Below, one piece after another: positions 38,501 through 47,449 of a stretch of DNA of 64,000 bases. Origin of the DNA: a virus; the IMG/VR virus record IMGVR_UViG_3300042291_000666, positions 32,001-96,000 of that record, one strand, 5' to 3'. The position numbers and the translations under genes were made by a program. Every line of letters starts with the position of its first letter. The first letter of the stretch is position 1. The notes beneath the pieces are model-generated. The model made no database searches. It saw only the letters and a list, made by a program, of their open reading frames with translations, and was not told the origin of the DNA.

Positions 38501-39046
38501 GTTTATGCTGCTTCTGGTAATGGTTGTGCTATTGGAAGTCCTACTATTATAGGTAATGATGTAGGTTTATATGGTCTTGCTGGTGATGAAGTAATTGCCA
38601 TGTTAAATTATAGTGATGGTTATTATTGGTATGGTGGTGGATCAATAAAAACTACAGGTTCATTTGTTGGTATTAGTGCATTACCTGATTATCCATTACA
38701 TGTAGGATTAGAAAATGGAAATATTTCTATATATGCTGATTATGATATTGTTGCTTTTTCTGATGAATCTGTAAAAGAAAACATTAGACCTATTGAAAAT
38801 GTAATTGAAAGAGTACAAAAATCAAGAGGTGTATTATATGATAGAATTGATAGTGGTCATAAAGACAATATTGGTTTTATTGCACAAGAGTTAGAACTTA
38901 CTTTCCCTGAATTAGTTGTTACTAATGAAGATGGAACTAAAGCTGTTAAATATCAGAATGCTGTAGCTGTTATGTTTGAAGCTATTAAAGAACAGCAAAA
39001 ACAAATAGATGAACTAAAAGAATTAGTAAATAAATTAATCAAATAA
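35582..39046 (+). CDS. Tail fibre, distal, with C-terminal peptidase S74 intramolecular chaperone
   Basis: ITVDAQGRIT and QTIAGAKTF fibre motifs; AFSDESVKENI...GFIAQE...AIKEQQKQI. Confidence 0.88.
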   Translation: MAIRFLNSINIQAGTLTVSTIANLATASNVFLVSDGGLVKYRTAAQVRSDIGAGTGTVTSVAVTNGTGISASVANASTTPNITITNTDLGSSQAIFKNFAVAGESTVVADNNNDTLTFVNGANVAITTNATTDTITISAANTNNFPSSLAWDTGTGILTLGRSGLSSLTVDLDGRYLELAGGTLTGGLYGTFASFGGTLNSYVTIDNLARRFNSPEGATYITTNSSIVGAIKIKLPIARNNSSTMMMFTVKIYQYSTGNCHELQIAGYNYAGGSWYNTSVTNLTDNGGNLTVRFGTDATSDCVWIGETSSSWSYPQVFVTDFQAGYSGQANSWGEAWNITFETAFDTVEDTRIASQVITSRNIGVQNVLTATALTSMNISQFTNDSGYTTATAVANNYASKFLTLTINGTGYDLSANRSWSVGTVTSFSFGLGTTGTDINATLTNNTTTPALTLNVPDASATARGLITTGTQTIAGAKTFSSGVTASSFAFGTSSIYNYSGLNVIYQGATGTTHNFGGGPGFVQNNLSVPNGTFNIALQTASTIASFDASKNVVSLPTATYPSLAELAYVKGVTSAIQTQLNAKGTVNSITAGTGLSGGTITNSGTIALANTSVTAGSYTAANITVDAQGRITSASNGSGGGGITGSGTAGNITKWSTTTGVTNSIMTDNGTTVTINSGTLASPVNSYLPVQTFALNNGNGEYVEFGSLRTATGSDWTNAGFRIQEKIDSTWMGYMQFNGTGNLGGISFGTGTSAASRQSIVERVIINSAGSMGIGIAPLSTLDVNGTITTRGQLYITSGGSSVPNWFFQLNGSGDLVVDEAITSKNFIFSNSGNVFLSNGGQVTIGTTDVGTPNYGLLPQLTVANASGGVLDIRTTNTNVVAGTSLGRIQFTGKDDSLTGYTSAAIEAISAGTISSGANGGGKLKLMTSIAGYGTPPLPRMWINQNGYVTVGSTDLGYSEFAVNGSVYATSGVYAASGNGCAIGSPTIIGNDVGLYGLAGDEVIAMLNYSDGYYWYGGGSIKTTGSFVGISALPDYPLHVGLENGNISIYADYDIVAFSDESVKENIRPIENVIERVQKSRGVLYDRIDSGHKDNIGFIAQELELTFPELVVTNEDGTKAVKYQNAVAVMFEAIKEQQKQIDELKELVNKLIK

Positions 39047-39047
39047 T

Positions 39048-39368
39048 ATGCATACATATACCTGGACTATTGTTGCATTAGATTGCAAAATAAATGAAAA
39101 CAATTTACAAGATGTTGTATACAATGTAAATTGGAGATATACTGCTTCTAATGAAGATGGTGTAAGTGCTGTAAATTTTGGAGCTTTACTTGTACCACCG
39201 CCAAGTCAAGAAGATTTTACACCTTATGAAGACTTAACAAAAGATCAAGTTGTTGGTTGGTTAGACGCTGGTTTAAATGTTCCGGCAATGACTGCTGATT
39301 TGGATAATCAAATTAACTTGATTGTAAATCCTGTAGATATTACATTACCTCCACCATTTGAAAATTAA
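39048..39368 (+). CDS. Fibre-associated small protein, paralog 1
   Basis: TYTWTI...DVV..V.W...FTPYEDLTKDQVVGW. Confidence 0.7.
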   Translation: MHTYTWTIVALDCKINENNLQDVVYNVNWRYTASNEDGVSAVNFGALLVPPPSQEDFTPYEDLTKDQVVGWLDAGLNVPAMTADLDNQINLIVNPVDITLPPPFEN

Positions 39369-39374
39369 TAAGAT

Positions 39375-39794
39375 ATGTCATTACCATTAAGTGGACCTTT
39401 AAGCTTTTCAGAAATAGCTAGTGTAGTAGGTGTTGGTTCACCTTACTCATTAAACACTATGTCAGCTAATGCTGGATTTGGATCACCAGATTCAGTATCT
39501 GAATTTTATGGTTATGGTCCTGGTGGTTTGATATTATTTTATAGAACTTTTGATTATGGATTTAATCCAAATGAACAGTGTTTTAATAATTGTAATACAG
39601 AAGTTTATCATAATGGGGTAAATCCTTTACCTAGTCCGGGTGATACTGTATATGAAGATCCTGGAGGTAATTTTCCAATACAACCGGGTGGTGTATATTG
39701 GGGTATGAGTGAAATACAATATGAACCGGCTTTTATAACTTTTAGCACTATATCAAAAAGTCAAGGTGTAGTAGATACTTTAGGATTATGTTAA
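39375..39794 (+). CDS. Putative fibre-tip adhesin
   Basis: MSLPLSGPLSFSEI...SVSEFYG N-terminal attachment motif, found after an S74-containing fibre. Confidence 0.6.
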   Translation: MSLPLSGPLSFSEIASVVGVGSPYSLNTMSANAGFGSPDSVSEFYGYGPGGLILFYRTFDYGFNPNEQCFNNCNTEVYHNGVNPLPSPGDTVYEDPGGNFPIQPGGVYWGMSEIQYEPAFITFSTISKSQGVVDTLGLC

Positions 39795-39814
39795 TGTAAA
39801 TAAATTAAAAAAAT

Positions 39815-40150
39815 ATGACAAAATATATTTGGGATTGTAGTATGATTGAGGTTTTACCAACCTTAGAAACATATACTAATGTAGTGTGTAAAGTACATTA
39901 TAAAGTAACATGTATTGATGATGAAGATTTATCTGAGTCACCAAAGTCAGTTGATAAACTGGGTATGCAAATATTAAATACAGATAATATAACTGATTTT
40001 GTTAATTTTGAAGAATTAACAAATGATGATGTTACTGTTTGGGTAAAAGCAGGACTTGGTGAAACCCGTGTTTCTGATATAGAATTAAAACTTAAAGCTA
40101 GATATGATAGTATGACTGGCTCATATATTACATCTATTAATAAAGATTAA
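39815..40150 (+). CDS. Fibre-associated small protein, paralog 2
   Basis: KYIWD...NVV.KVHY...FVNFEELTNDDVTVWV. Confidence 0.7.
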   Translation: MTKYIWDCSMIEVLPTLETYTNVVCKVHYKVTCIDDEDLSESPKSVDKLGMQILNTDNITDFVNFEELTNDDVTVWVKAGLGETRVSDIELKLKARYDSMTGSYITSINKD

Positions 40151-40155
40151 TAGTT

Positions 40156-40623
40156 ATGAAAAAACCAATTGCTAAAAAAGTTGCTGCAAAAAAGGAAGTA
40201 GCAAAAAAAGAAGTAGTAGAAAAGAAACCTATTGTTAAAACTCCTGTTAAGAAAGTTAAAACAATAAGTAAAATTGTAAAACCTCTATTTATAGAGGAAC
40301 CAATTATTGAGATTAATTATAGTTGGGATATTGAAAGTATTGAAATCAATAACCTAACTAATGTTATTTCTCAAATAACCTATGAATTTATAGGTATTCT
40401 TATTGATCAAACACATACAATAAGTGGTACAATAGTAGTACCTAAAATCATTGATACTCATAGTAAAGTAGAAACAAGTGACTATAAGACCTTAACAAAA
40501 CAAGAGATTATAGATTACATTATAAGCAAAGTATCTGAAAGACACCTGGATGTGATGAAAGATATGATTATCCAAAACTTCAAGGGAACTAAAATAATTG
40601 ATAAAACTTTTTGGAAATCCTAA
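40156..40623 (+). CDS. Fibre-associated paralog 3 with Lys-rich N-terminal tail
   Basis: KKVAAKKEVAKK tail, then NYSWDI...NVI..ITY...DYKTLTKQEIIDYI. Confidence 0.65.
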   Translation: MKKPIAKKVAAKKEVAKKEVVEKKPIVKTPVKKVKTISKIVKPLFIEEPIIEINYSWDIESIEINNLTNVISQITYEFIGILIDQTHTISGTIVVPKIIDTHSKVETSDYKTLTKQEIIDYIISKVSERHLDVMKDMIIQNFKGTKIIDKTFWKS

Positions 40624-40674
40624 ATAAGTTATATATTTGTAACATAATTTAAAAACAATTTAAAATCAATAAAA

Positions 40675-40959
40675 ATGGCAAAGACAAAGTTACCACAAGA
40701 AGAAGCTGTTGAAGTTAAAAAACTTACAGTAGAAGAACTAGAAAACCTAGTTGATGTTCAACAAAGAATTAACAATATTACCTTAAACTTAGGTAATGCT
40801 GAATTGGCTAAACAATCAATGTTAGCTGAATATTCTAAAGTGAAAGCGGAATGGGATGTAGTTGCAAAAACATTAGAAGACAAGTATGGTCAGGTTAATG
40901 TTAACCTATCTGATGGTTCAATTGCACCAATTGACCCTTCAGCTAACCCATTAGGGTAA
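40675..40959 (+). CDS. Small coiled-coil protein
   Basis: LTVEELE...LEDKYG.V.VNL.DG; TATATTTG at 40632-40639. Confidence 0.75.
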   Translation: MAKTKLPQEEAVEVKKLTVEELENLVDVQQRINNITLNLGNAELAKQSMLAEYSKVKAEWDVVAKTLEDKYGQVNVNLSDGSIAPIDPSANPLG

Positions 40960-41088
40960 ACCCTCTATACATAAATATTTTATAAAAAATTTTATAACTG
41001 AACTTTTCTTGTTTGGTTATAAAATTTTTTGTATATTATAATTGTATAGAGCACAACAAACTATTACATTATAGTAAAAAAAATATTT

Positions 41089-43233
41089 ATGATACCAACA
41101 AATTCAAGTAATACAACAAACGGATGTGATAGTATTTCATCTAATTGTGTCATTTGGCAAGGCCCGGATATTAGTTGTATAAACCTATGTAATGGTGATA
41201 CAATTAGTGATGTAACAGCTAAATTAGCTGAACTAGTATGTTCATTAATTGAAGATGGGGTAGCTGCTAATCCAAACTTAACAGGATTAGACATGTCATG
41301 TCTTAATATACCTGGTACAACACCTACTACTTTAGTACCTGTTTTACAGGAAATGATTAATGCTATATGTGCAGAAAATTCACCAGTAGGACCTACTCCA
41401 GAATACATTAAACAAAACTTACCTATGATGACTTTACCTGCGTGTTTAGTCTACAATGATCCATCAGGTAATCCAGTAACACAATTACGTTTAGATAACT
41501 TTACTCTTTTAATAGCAACTAAAGTTTGTGATATACTTGCAGTAATAATAACTATCAATACAACATTAACCAATTATAATACTAGATTAACAATATTAGA
41601 AGCATGTGTATTACCATGTACAGGAACTACAGCAGAAACGCAAGTTGTTCCTACATGTATAATTAATGTTGGTCAATTAACAGATGTGTCTGTTTTATTA
41701 CTTGCTTTAGAAGTAAGATATTGTGCATTAGAAACAGCAGTAGGTTTACCTGCAGCAATTAATGCAACAATTTCTCAAGCATGTATATTGTCAACTACAA
41801 CTACATTAGCTAATCCAGCAGTATCATATGGTTCAGAAATAGGATGGAATAATACTCCTGTTAATTTAGCACAAACAGTTCAAAACATGTGGATTGTATT
41901 GTGTGATATGTATGAAGCTGTTTCAAGCATTCAAACTAACTGTTGTCCTTCAGGATGTGAAAGTGTAACCTTTGGTTATAACACATCAAATATATTAGCT
42001 AGCAATGGCACAATAACAGGTCTTAATTTTAACTTCCAAAATACATCAGGTAACGGTTCTGTTATACCAGCAACATTTAATGATTGTGCTGGTAGTACAA
42101 TTATTACTGTTAGAGATAGTAATAACGTTACAGTTACAAGTACAGTAAGTGTTGCAGCTTTACAAAATTCTGCAGGTGGTGCTACTATATCATTACCAGG
42201 TTTAAACACATATGGTCCTTTAACTACAAGTGTAGCATTTTGTGTTACAGATGGTAGAGATACATGTAGTGATACAATAATTAAATCAGTTGCAGGAATC
42301 ATTCCATGTGTATTACCAATTATGAGTGCAATTACAGAGACAGGTGCTACTGTTACATTTACCAATTCATTAGGCTTATCAGCTGTTTATGTAATTGATA
42401 TCCTTAATGCTTCAACAAATCTTGTTGTAGCTACATATACACAAAATAACCCTGGACCTACAGTTACTCATGCATTTACAAGTTTAGGTGCAGGAACACA
42501 ATATATAACTAGAGTAACTGTACAAATTGGTGGTGAAACACGAATCTGCCCTAATACAGCAGCATTTGAAACAACAGCAAATATTCCTGTTATTACTACT
42601 ATTACAGAAATAAATATATGGTTTGATAATTCAGGATCTATGGATCAAACATTAGCACCATTAAATACTATGAGAGATACATTGTTAAAAGATTGTATAG
42701 GACCTATTTATGGTTATGATCCATTAGTACCTGGTAGTGATGCATTATATAATACCAGAGTAAAAGTTTTAAATATGTTTGATACTGGTTGGAATTATAA
42801 TGAAAGATTTGTACAATGTCTTGCTACACCAAGAAACTTTGATAGAGCTCCAGATACTACAGTAAATCAAGTACTTAATCTAACGTTTGCAGATGAATCT
42901 GATGATTATGGAGCAACTACAACATTTAGTAATACTGTAATAGCTGCACAATATGCAACTGATATTGCTACATTAAGAACTAATTTTACAGCAAGTCCTT
43001 TTATAAAAGGTGTTGCTTTTCAAGTAAATACAGGACCAGGTAGTTACCCAGGATTTAGATCTTTAACGCAAGCAACTTTTGTGAATACGGGTATTTATAC
43101 ACCTAACGCTAATATTAGTAATTTACCTGCATTTACTTATGAATTAGATGTAACTGCTGCTTCAACTCCAGCATATTACTTAACTAAAGTTGGTGAAGGA
43201 TTAACTACTTTAGGATTTGCTATTTCATGCTAA
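41089..43233 (+). CDS. Cys-rich virion protein with FN3-like and VWA-like domains
   Basis: CVIWQGPDISC N-terminus; TETGATVTF...LGAGTQY (FN3); IWFDNSGSM (MIDAS DxSxS). Confidence 0.7.
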   Translation: MIPTNSSNTTNGCDSISSNCVIWQGPDISCINLCNGDTISDVTAKLAELVCSLIEDGVAANPNLTGLDMSCLNIPGTTPTTLVPVLQEMINAICAENSPVGPTPEYIKQNLPMMTLPACLVYNDPSGNPVTQLRLDNFTLLIATKVCDILAVIITINTTLTNYNTRLTILEACVLPCTGTTAETQVVPTCIINVGQLTDVSVLLLALEVRYCALETAVGLPAAINATISQACILSTTTTLANPAVSYGSEIGWNNTPVNLAQTVQNMWIVLCDMYEAVSSIQTNCCPSGCESVTFGYNTSNILASNGTITGLNFNFQNTSGNGSVIPATFNDCAGSTIITVRDSNNVTVTSTVSVAALQNSAGGATISLPGLNTYGPLTTSVAFCVTDGRDTCSDTIIKSVAGIIPCVLPIMSAITETGATVTFTNSLGLSAVYVIDILNASTNLVVATYTQNNPGPTVTHAFTSLGAGTQYITRVTVQIGGETRICPNTAAFETTANIPVITTITEINIWFDNSGSMDQTLAPLNTMRDTLLKDCIGPIYGYDPLVPGSDALYNTRVKVLNMFDTGWNYNERFVQCLATPRNFDRAPDTTVNQVLNLTFADESDDYGATTTFSNTVIAAQYATDIATLRTNFTASPFIKGVAFQVNTGPGSYPGFRSLTQATFVNTGIYTPNANISNLPAFTYELDVTAASTPAYYLTKVGEGLTTLGFAISC

Positions 43234-43263
43234 CTTTTAACAAATAAAAAAAATATTAAAAAA

Positions 43264-43824
43264 ATGGGATGTAATTGTTCAAAATGTAGTAGTAGATGTG
43301 GTTGTGCTGATACAGCATTAACTAATCCATGTACATATACTGACTGTAGTGTTGGTAGTGAAAGATGTGATGATGTACAATGTGCAGAATGCGTTAGTTA
43401 TTGTGGTACTTCTTTTCAAATAGGAAACCCTGGGACTTTATTACAAATAAATAAAGGTGAAAGACTTGATTCTATTATACAGAAATTTGCTATGATACTA
43501 TCTAATGGTTTAGGCGCATGTACATCTAATGATGTTCAACATGATCCATTCAATGTATATGCTGGTGTTATTACAAGTGGTACAGCATCAATATTGTGGA
43601 ATGGTACTTGGAGTGGAGGCACTGGTGTTAATATTTATTATAATACACAGATTGCTCCTGGAGCATGGGTTTTAGCTAATCCAGCACCAATTGTACCAAC
43701 TATATTTAATTATACAATTACAAACCTTTTAGCTAGTACAGCATATAAAGTAAAAGTAGTAAGTGTTGGTAACTCATCAGCATGTAAACCAATAGAAATA
43801 CTATTCTCTACACTAGCAGTATAA
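43264..43824 (+). CDS. Cys-rich protein with FN3-like domain
   Basis: About ten Cys in the first 50 aa; YTITNLLASTAYKVKV. Confidence 0.7.
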   Translation: MGCNCSKCSSRCGCADTALTNPCTYTDCSVGSERCDDVQCAECVSYCGTSFQIGNPGTLLQINKGERLDSIIQKFAMILSNGLGACTSNDVQHDPFNVYAGVITSGTASILWNGTWSGGTGVNIYYNTQIAPGAWVLANPAPIVPTIFNYTITNLLASTAYKVKVVSVGNSSACKPIEILFSTLAV

Positions 43825-43878
43825 CATTAAAAAAAACAACAATAGTGGCGGTTTGTTGGTTTTCTGTCACAGGCGTTG

Positions 43879-43912
43879 AAAGAGGCTGGGGTAACTCAGT
43901 CTCTTTTTTTTT
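43879..43912 (+). terminator. Intrinsic terminator
   Basis: AAGAGGCTGGG-GTAA-CTCAGTCTCTT plus a T-tract. Confidence 0.85.
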
Positions 43913-43976
43913 AAATAAACCTGTAATATTATAATAAAATTTTTACATTTACATAATTAATTTTAAAAAAGATTCT

Positions 43977-45182
43977 ATGAGTTATTTAAAAAATAAAATA
44001 CTTGAGTCATTAAAATGGAAGAAATCACCGGCTTACTGTGCATCAAGACTAGGAATATCAGAGGAAGAATATATTAAGGTTAAAGAACAAATATCAAATA
44101 AATTTAAAAAATCTTCTTACAGACAAAACCCAGCAATAGCTGAATCTGTAGACTTAGAAAAGGGTCAATCAACAATATCAGGTTCATTTACATATGAACC
44201 AAAATCAGCAGAAGAGATAATCAAACTTTTAAAAATTGATACAAAGGTTTGGAAATTATCACAATATTGGAATAAACAAATGGGTGACCATTGGAGAGTT
44301 TCAGCTTTAATAACTAAAATTAAAGAAAACAGCAAAGAAGATTTATTAGTAAATTTACTAAACAATTGGAAACCAAAGGTTTATAAAACAACTTCTATAA
44401 ATAAATCTTATGACTCTAATAAAACAGATGTTTGTGGAGTAATCTCTTTACAAGATATTCATTTTGGAAAACAAGGAAATGAAACCATTGATAAAGATTT
44501 TGAAGATACAATTAAAAATTTATTGAATAAAGGGGTAGCATCACATAATATAAAAGTATTATATTTTGTTGTTGGTGGAGACTTAATCAATATGGATACT
44601 TTTGCTGGTACAACAACAAGTGGAACTCCTGTTGATAATTGTATGTCTGCAACAGATGCTTATATGCAAGCCTTTGATGCAATGCATTGGGCTGTAAATT
44701 ATATAAAACAATACTGTGAAGAACTTGTAGTAGTGTATGTTCCGGGTAATCATGATAGGTTATCTTCTCACCATTTAGTACATGCCTTATCTAAATCTAT
44801 TTATAATGATGGAGATATAACATGGGATATAAAATATGAAGAAAGAAAGGTTCATGTATGGCACAATAATTTCAATGCCTTTGAGCATGGAGATAAGACA
44901 AGTAAAAACAATCCATTAATATATGCATCAGAATACGCTAAAGAATGGGGTAGCACAACAAACAGAACTCTATATAAGGGTCACATCCATACTGACAGAA
45001 AAGTTGAGTATATGACCTCTAATGAGACAGCAGGTTTTATAGAAAAGACTTTACCTAGTTTAGGCAAGACAGACTATTATCACTATAGCAACAAGTATGT
45101 TGGTAATAGAAGATCAGGAAAATTGGAACTGCAAGATCCAGTTTTAGGAAATATATGTGAATTAACTCATCAATCAATATAA
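43977..45182 (+). CDS. Metallophosphoesterase with N-terminal HTH-like region
   Basis: DIHFGK, GGDLIN, VPGNHD, EHGD and GHIH motifs. Confidence 0.85.
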   Translation: MSYLKNKILESLKWKKSPAYCASRLGISEEEYIKVKEQISNKFKKSSYRQNPAIAESVDLEKGQSTISGSFTYEPKSAEEIIKLLKIDTKVWKLSQYWNKQMGDHWRVSALITKIKENSKEDLLVNLLNNWKPKVYKTTSINKSYDSNKTDVCGVISLQDIHFGKQGNETIDKDFEDTIKNLLNKGVASHNIKVLYFVVGGDLINMDTFAGTTTSGTPVDNCMSATDAYMQAFDAMHWAVNYIKQYCEELVVVYVPGNHDRLSSHHLVHALSKSIYNDGDITWDIKYEERKVHVWHNNFNAFEHGDKTSKNNPLIYASEYAKEWGSTTNRTLYKGHIHTDRKVEYMTSNETAGFIEKTLPSLGKTDYYHYSNKYVGNRRSGKLELQDPVLGNICELTHQSI

Positions 45183-45240
45183 AGAAGCAACTTAAATTTC
45201 ATTAAGTGGTCTTTTTTTTGTAAATTATAAATATACGTGT

Positions 45241-45807
45241 ATGATAAACAATTTTAAAAAACCAGATTTAAAAGCATCAAGATATAGAGAAAAAAGATTA
45301 GGTATATTAAATGAAGAAACAATAAAAGAATTTAAAGAAAAAAAACCTTTATATTCTAGTATAGATAATGATAAATTAAAAAAAATAATAAAGCTTTATA
45401 ATATAAATTTATGGCAAGCAGTAATAAAAAATAGAGATGGTGTTGAATTACCTGATTCATTAGGATACTTGTTTATTGGAACATGTCCTTCTTCTAAGAC
45501 GGTAAATACAAACTATGCACTATCTCAACAATATGGTAAAGTCTTACAAAACAAAAATTGGGAAACTGATGGTAATTTAGGAAAGATATTTTATACTAAC
45601 TGGTCAACTAAATATAGATTTAAAAATAGGGAGTTATGGAGGTTTGTAGCTTGCAGAGAATTTAAAAGAGCGGTAGCTAAAACCTACCCAGAAAGCTGGA
45701 CTAAATATGTTGTGATGAAAAACAAATATAGAGTTGCTCATTTATATGATGTAAATACAGAAGAAACCAAAAAGGAATTAGAGTTTTATAATGAATTTGA
45801 AACATAA
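45241..45807 (+). CDS. IHF-like protein preceding the crAss tail genes
   Basis: GVELPDSLGYLFI...WRFVACREFKR; synteny. Confidence 0.65.
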   Translation: MINNFKKPDLKASRYREKRLGILNEETIKEFKEKKPLYSSIDNDKLKKIIKLYNINLWQAVIKNRDGVELPDSLGYLFIGTCPSSKTVNTNYALSQQYGKVLQNKNWETDGNLGKIFYTNWSTKYRFKNRELWRFVACREFKRAVAKTYPESWTKYVVMKNKYRVAHLYDVNTEETKKELEFYNEFET

Positions 45808-45812
45808 ACAAA

Positions 45813-46490
45813 ATGTCACAGATAATAATAGGAGAAGCAATATCAAGAATAAGAGGTCAGGTAAAAGCTGAGGTTCAAGATTCTTTTGTTACAGATAGAT
45901 ATATTTACAGTTTAATAGAAAAGTTTGCTCAAGTTTTAATGAGGAGACAAGACTCATTAAACAAATTAATGAAATTCAACTCTGTATGGAAGGCTCTTCC
46001 GTATATTGAATTAATTGATGTAGATAAAGTAGAAGCAGGTTGTTCTGGAATAACTAGTGGATGTACAATCAAACGTACAAAATTAAGATTACCTTCTATG
46101 ATTGAAGGTTATTGGGGACCACTTATACGTACTGTGACTTCAATAGATGCTTCACAAGAACTTCAAGCAACATATCCTGGAACATATACATCCATGACTA
46201 AAACAACATCTTTTAAATATAATAGAACAAAATATTTTTGGTGGTTAGATGGATATATTTATTCACCTAATATTGAATGGGATGCTATTAGAGTTGAGGG
46301 AGTATTTAATGATGATATTACTAAATGGAATTGTGATGAAAAAGATGATTGTACGCCTAGATATAAACAACCAATGTATATACCTGAAGCAATGTTTGCA
46401 GAAATTGAATCTCAAATCATAAACATTATGATGAATACAATGAAGGTACCAAGTGAAGATTCTGATAATAAACAAAACATAAATAGATAA
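45813..46490 (+). CDS. Tail ring/tubular protein
   Basis: Synteny before the muzzle; KYFWWLDGYIY...IRVEGVF. Confidence 0.65.
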   Translation: MSQIIIGEAISRIRGQVKAEVQDSFVTDRYIYSLIEKFAQVLMRRQDSLNKLMKFNSVWKALPYIELIDVDKVEAGCSGITSGCTIKRTKLRLPSMIEGYWGPLIRTVTSIDASQELQATYPGTYTSMTKTTSFKYNRTKYFWWLDGYIYSPNIEWDAIRVEGVFNDDITKWNCDEKDDCTPRYKQPMYIPEAMFAEIESQIINIMMNTMKVPSEDSDNKQNINR

Positions 46491-47431
46491 TGAGCGTATC
46501 ACATAAATATAGAACATTCAGTCAGTTATATGAAGATGTTGCAGTTGACTTTACAACTTATTCATTAGAAGGAATGATTGAACCACAGCAATTAATTAAA
46601 GTTGCTACTAGAATTAATTATGAACTTGGTTTAAAAATACACAGAACTAAAGAAACTATAATTGATGTAGAACATGGTAGAGCTCAATTACCTAGAGATT
46701 TTGCATATATCAATTATGCATTTCTTTGTGGTGAATATCACATTAATGCAACAATGCCATCTGGTACTCATGTTGAAACATTTAATGATGTACCATATGT
46801 ACCGGCACCTGGTGAAGTTGCTGCGTGCAGTACAGGAGAAGGATGTGCTGATGTATGTGTAGTTAAAACATGTGAAGATAAAAACAGTTACCAATTAGTT
46901 CAGAGAATTTCTCCAAATCAATTTAGAACTTATAGTACGTGGACTGAATTAAGAATCCAAGATATAAATCAGAAGAGTTGTTTTTGTCCTGATTTGGCAG
47001 CACAAGCTCCAGACATTGCGCAAATAGTTGATGGTTTTTTAATTACTAATTTTACTAGCGGTAGAGTTTATATAAGTTATCAAGGAGCTATGGAATCACC
47101 TGATGGAGATTTATTAGTTCTTGATCAACCTCTTTGTAATGAGTATTATGAATATGCATTGAAACAAAGAATATTAGAAAATATGATTTGGCAAGGTGAA
47201 CAAATGGCTCCTCAATTACAATTAGTTGAATCACGTTTAAGACCTGCAAGAAATAATGCATTATCATTTGTAAATACACCAGATTTTGCTGAAATGCAAA
47301 AAGTCTTTATAATGAATAGAAGAGCTCAATATCATAATTATTATAATATGTTTATGAGTCATGCTCCTTATAATCCAAGACTTCATAGAGGAGTTAATAC
47401 ATCTAGTAGTATTAACAATCCTACACACTAA
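46490..47431 (+). CDS. Tail ring/tubular protein
   Basis: IDVEHGRAQLPRDF...TNFTSGRVYISY. Confidence 0.7.
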   Translation: MSVSHKYRTFSQLYEDVAVDFTTYSLEGMIEPQQLIKVATRINYELGLKIHRTKETIIDVEHGRAQLPRDFAYINYAFLCGEYHINATMPSGTHVETFNDVPYVPAPGEVAACSTGEGCADVCVVKTCEDKNSYQLVQRISPNQFRTYSTWTELRIQDINQKSCFCPDLAAQAPDIAQIVDGFLITNFTSGRVYISYQGAMESPDGDLLVLDQPLCNEYYEYALKQRILENMIWQGEQMAPQLQLVESRLRPARNNALSFVNTPDFAEMQKVFIMNRRAQYHNYYNMFMSHAPYNPRLHRGVNTSSSINNPTH

Positions 47432-47449
47432 TAAAAGAATTAAACTATT

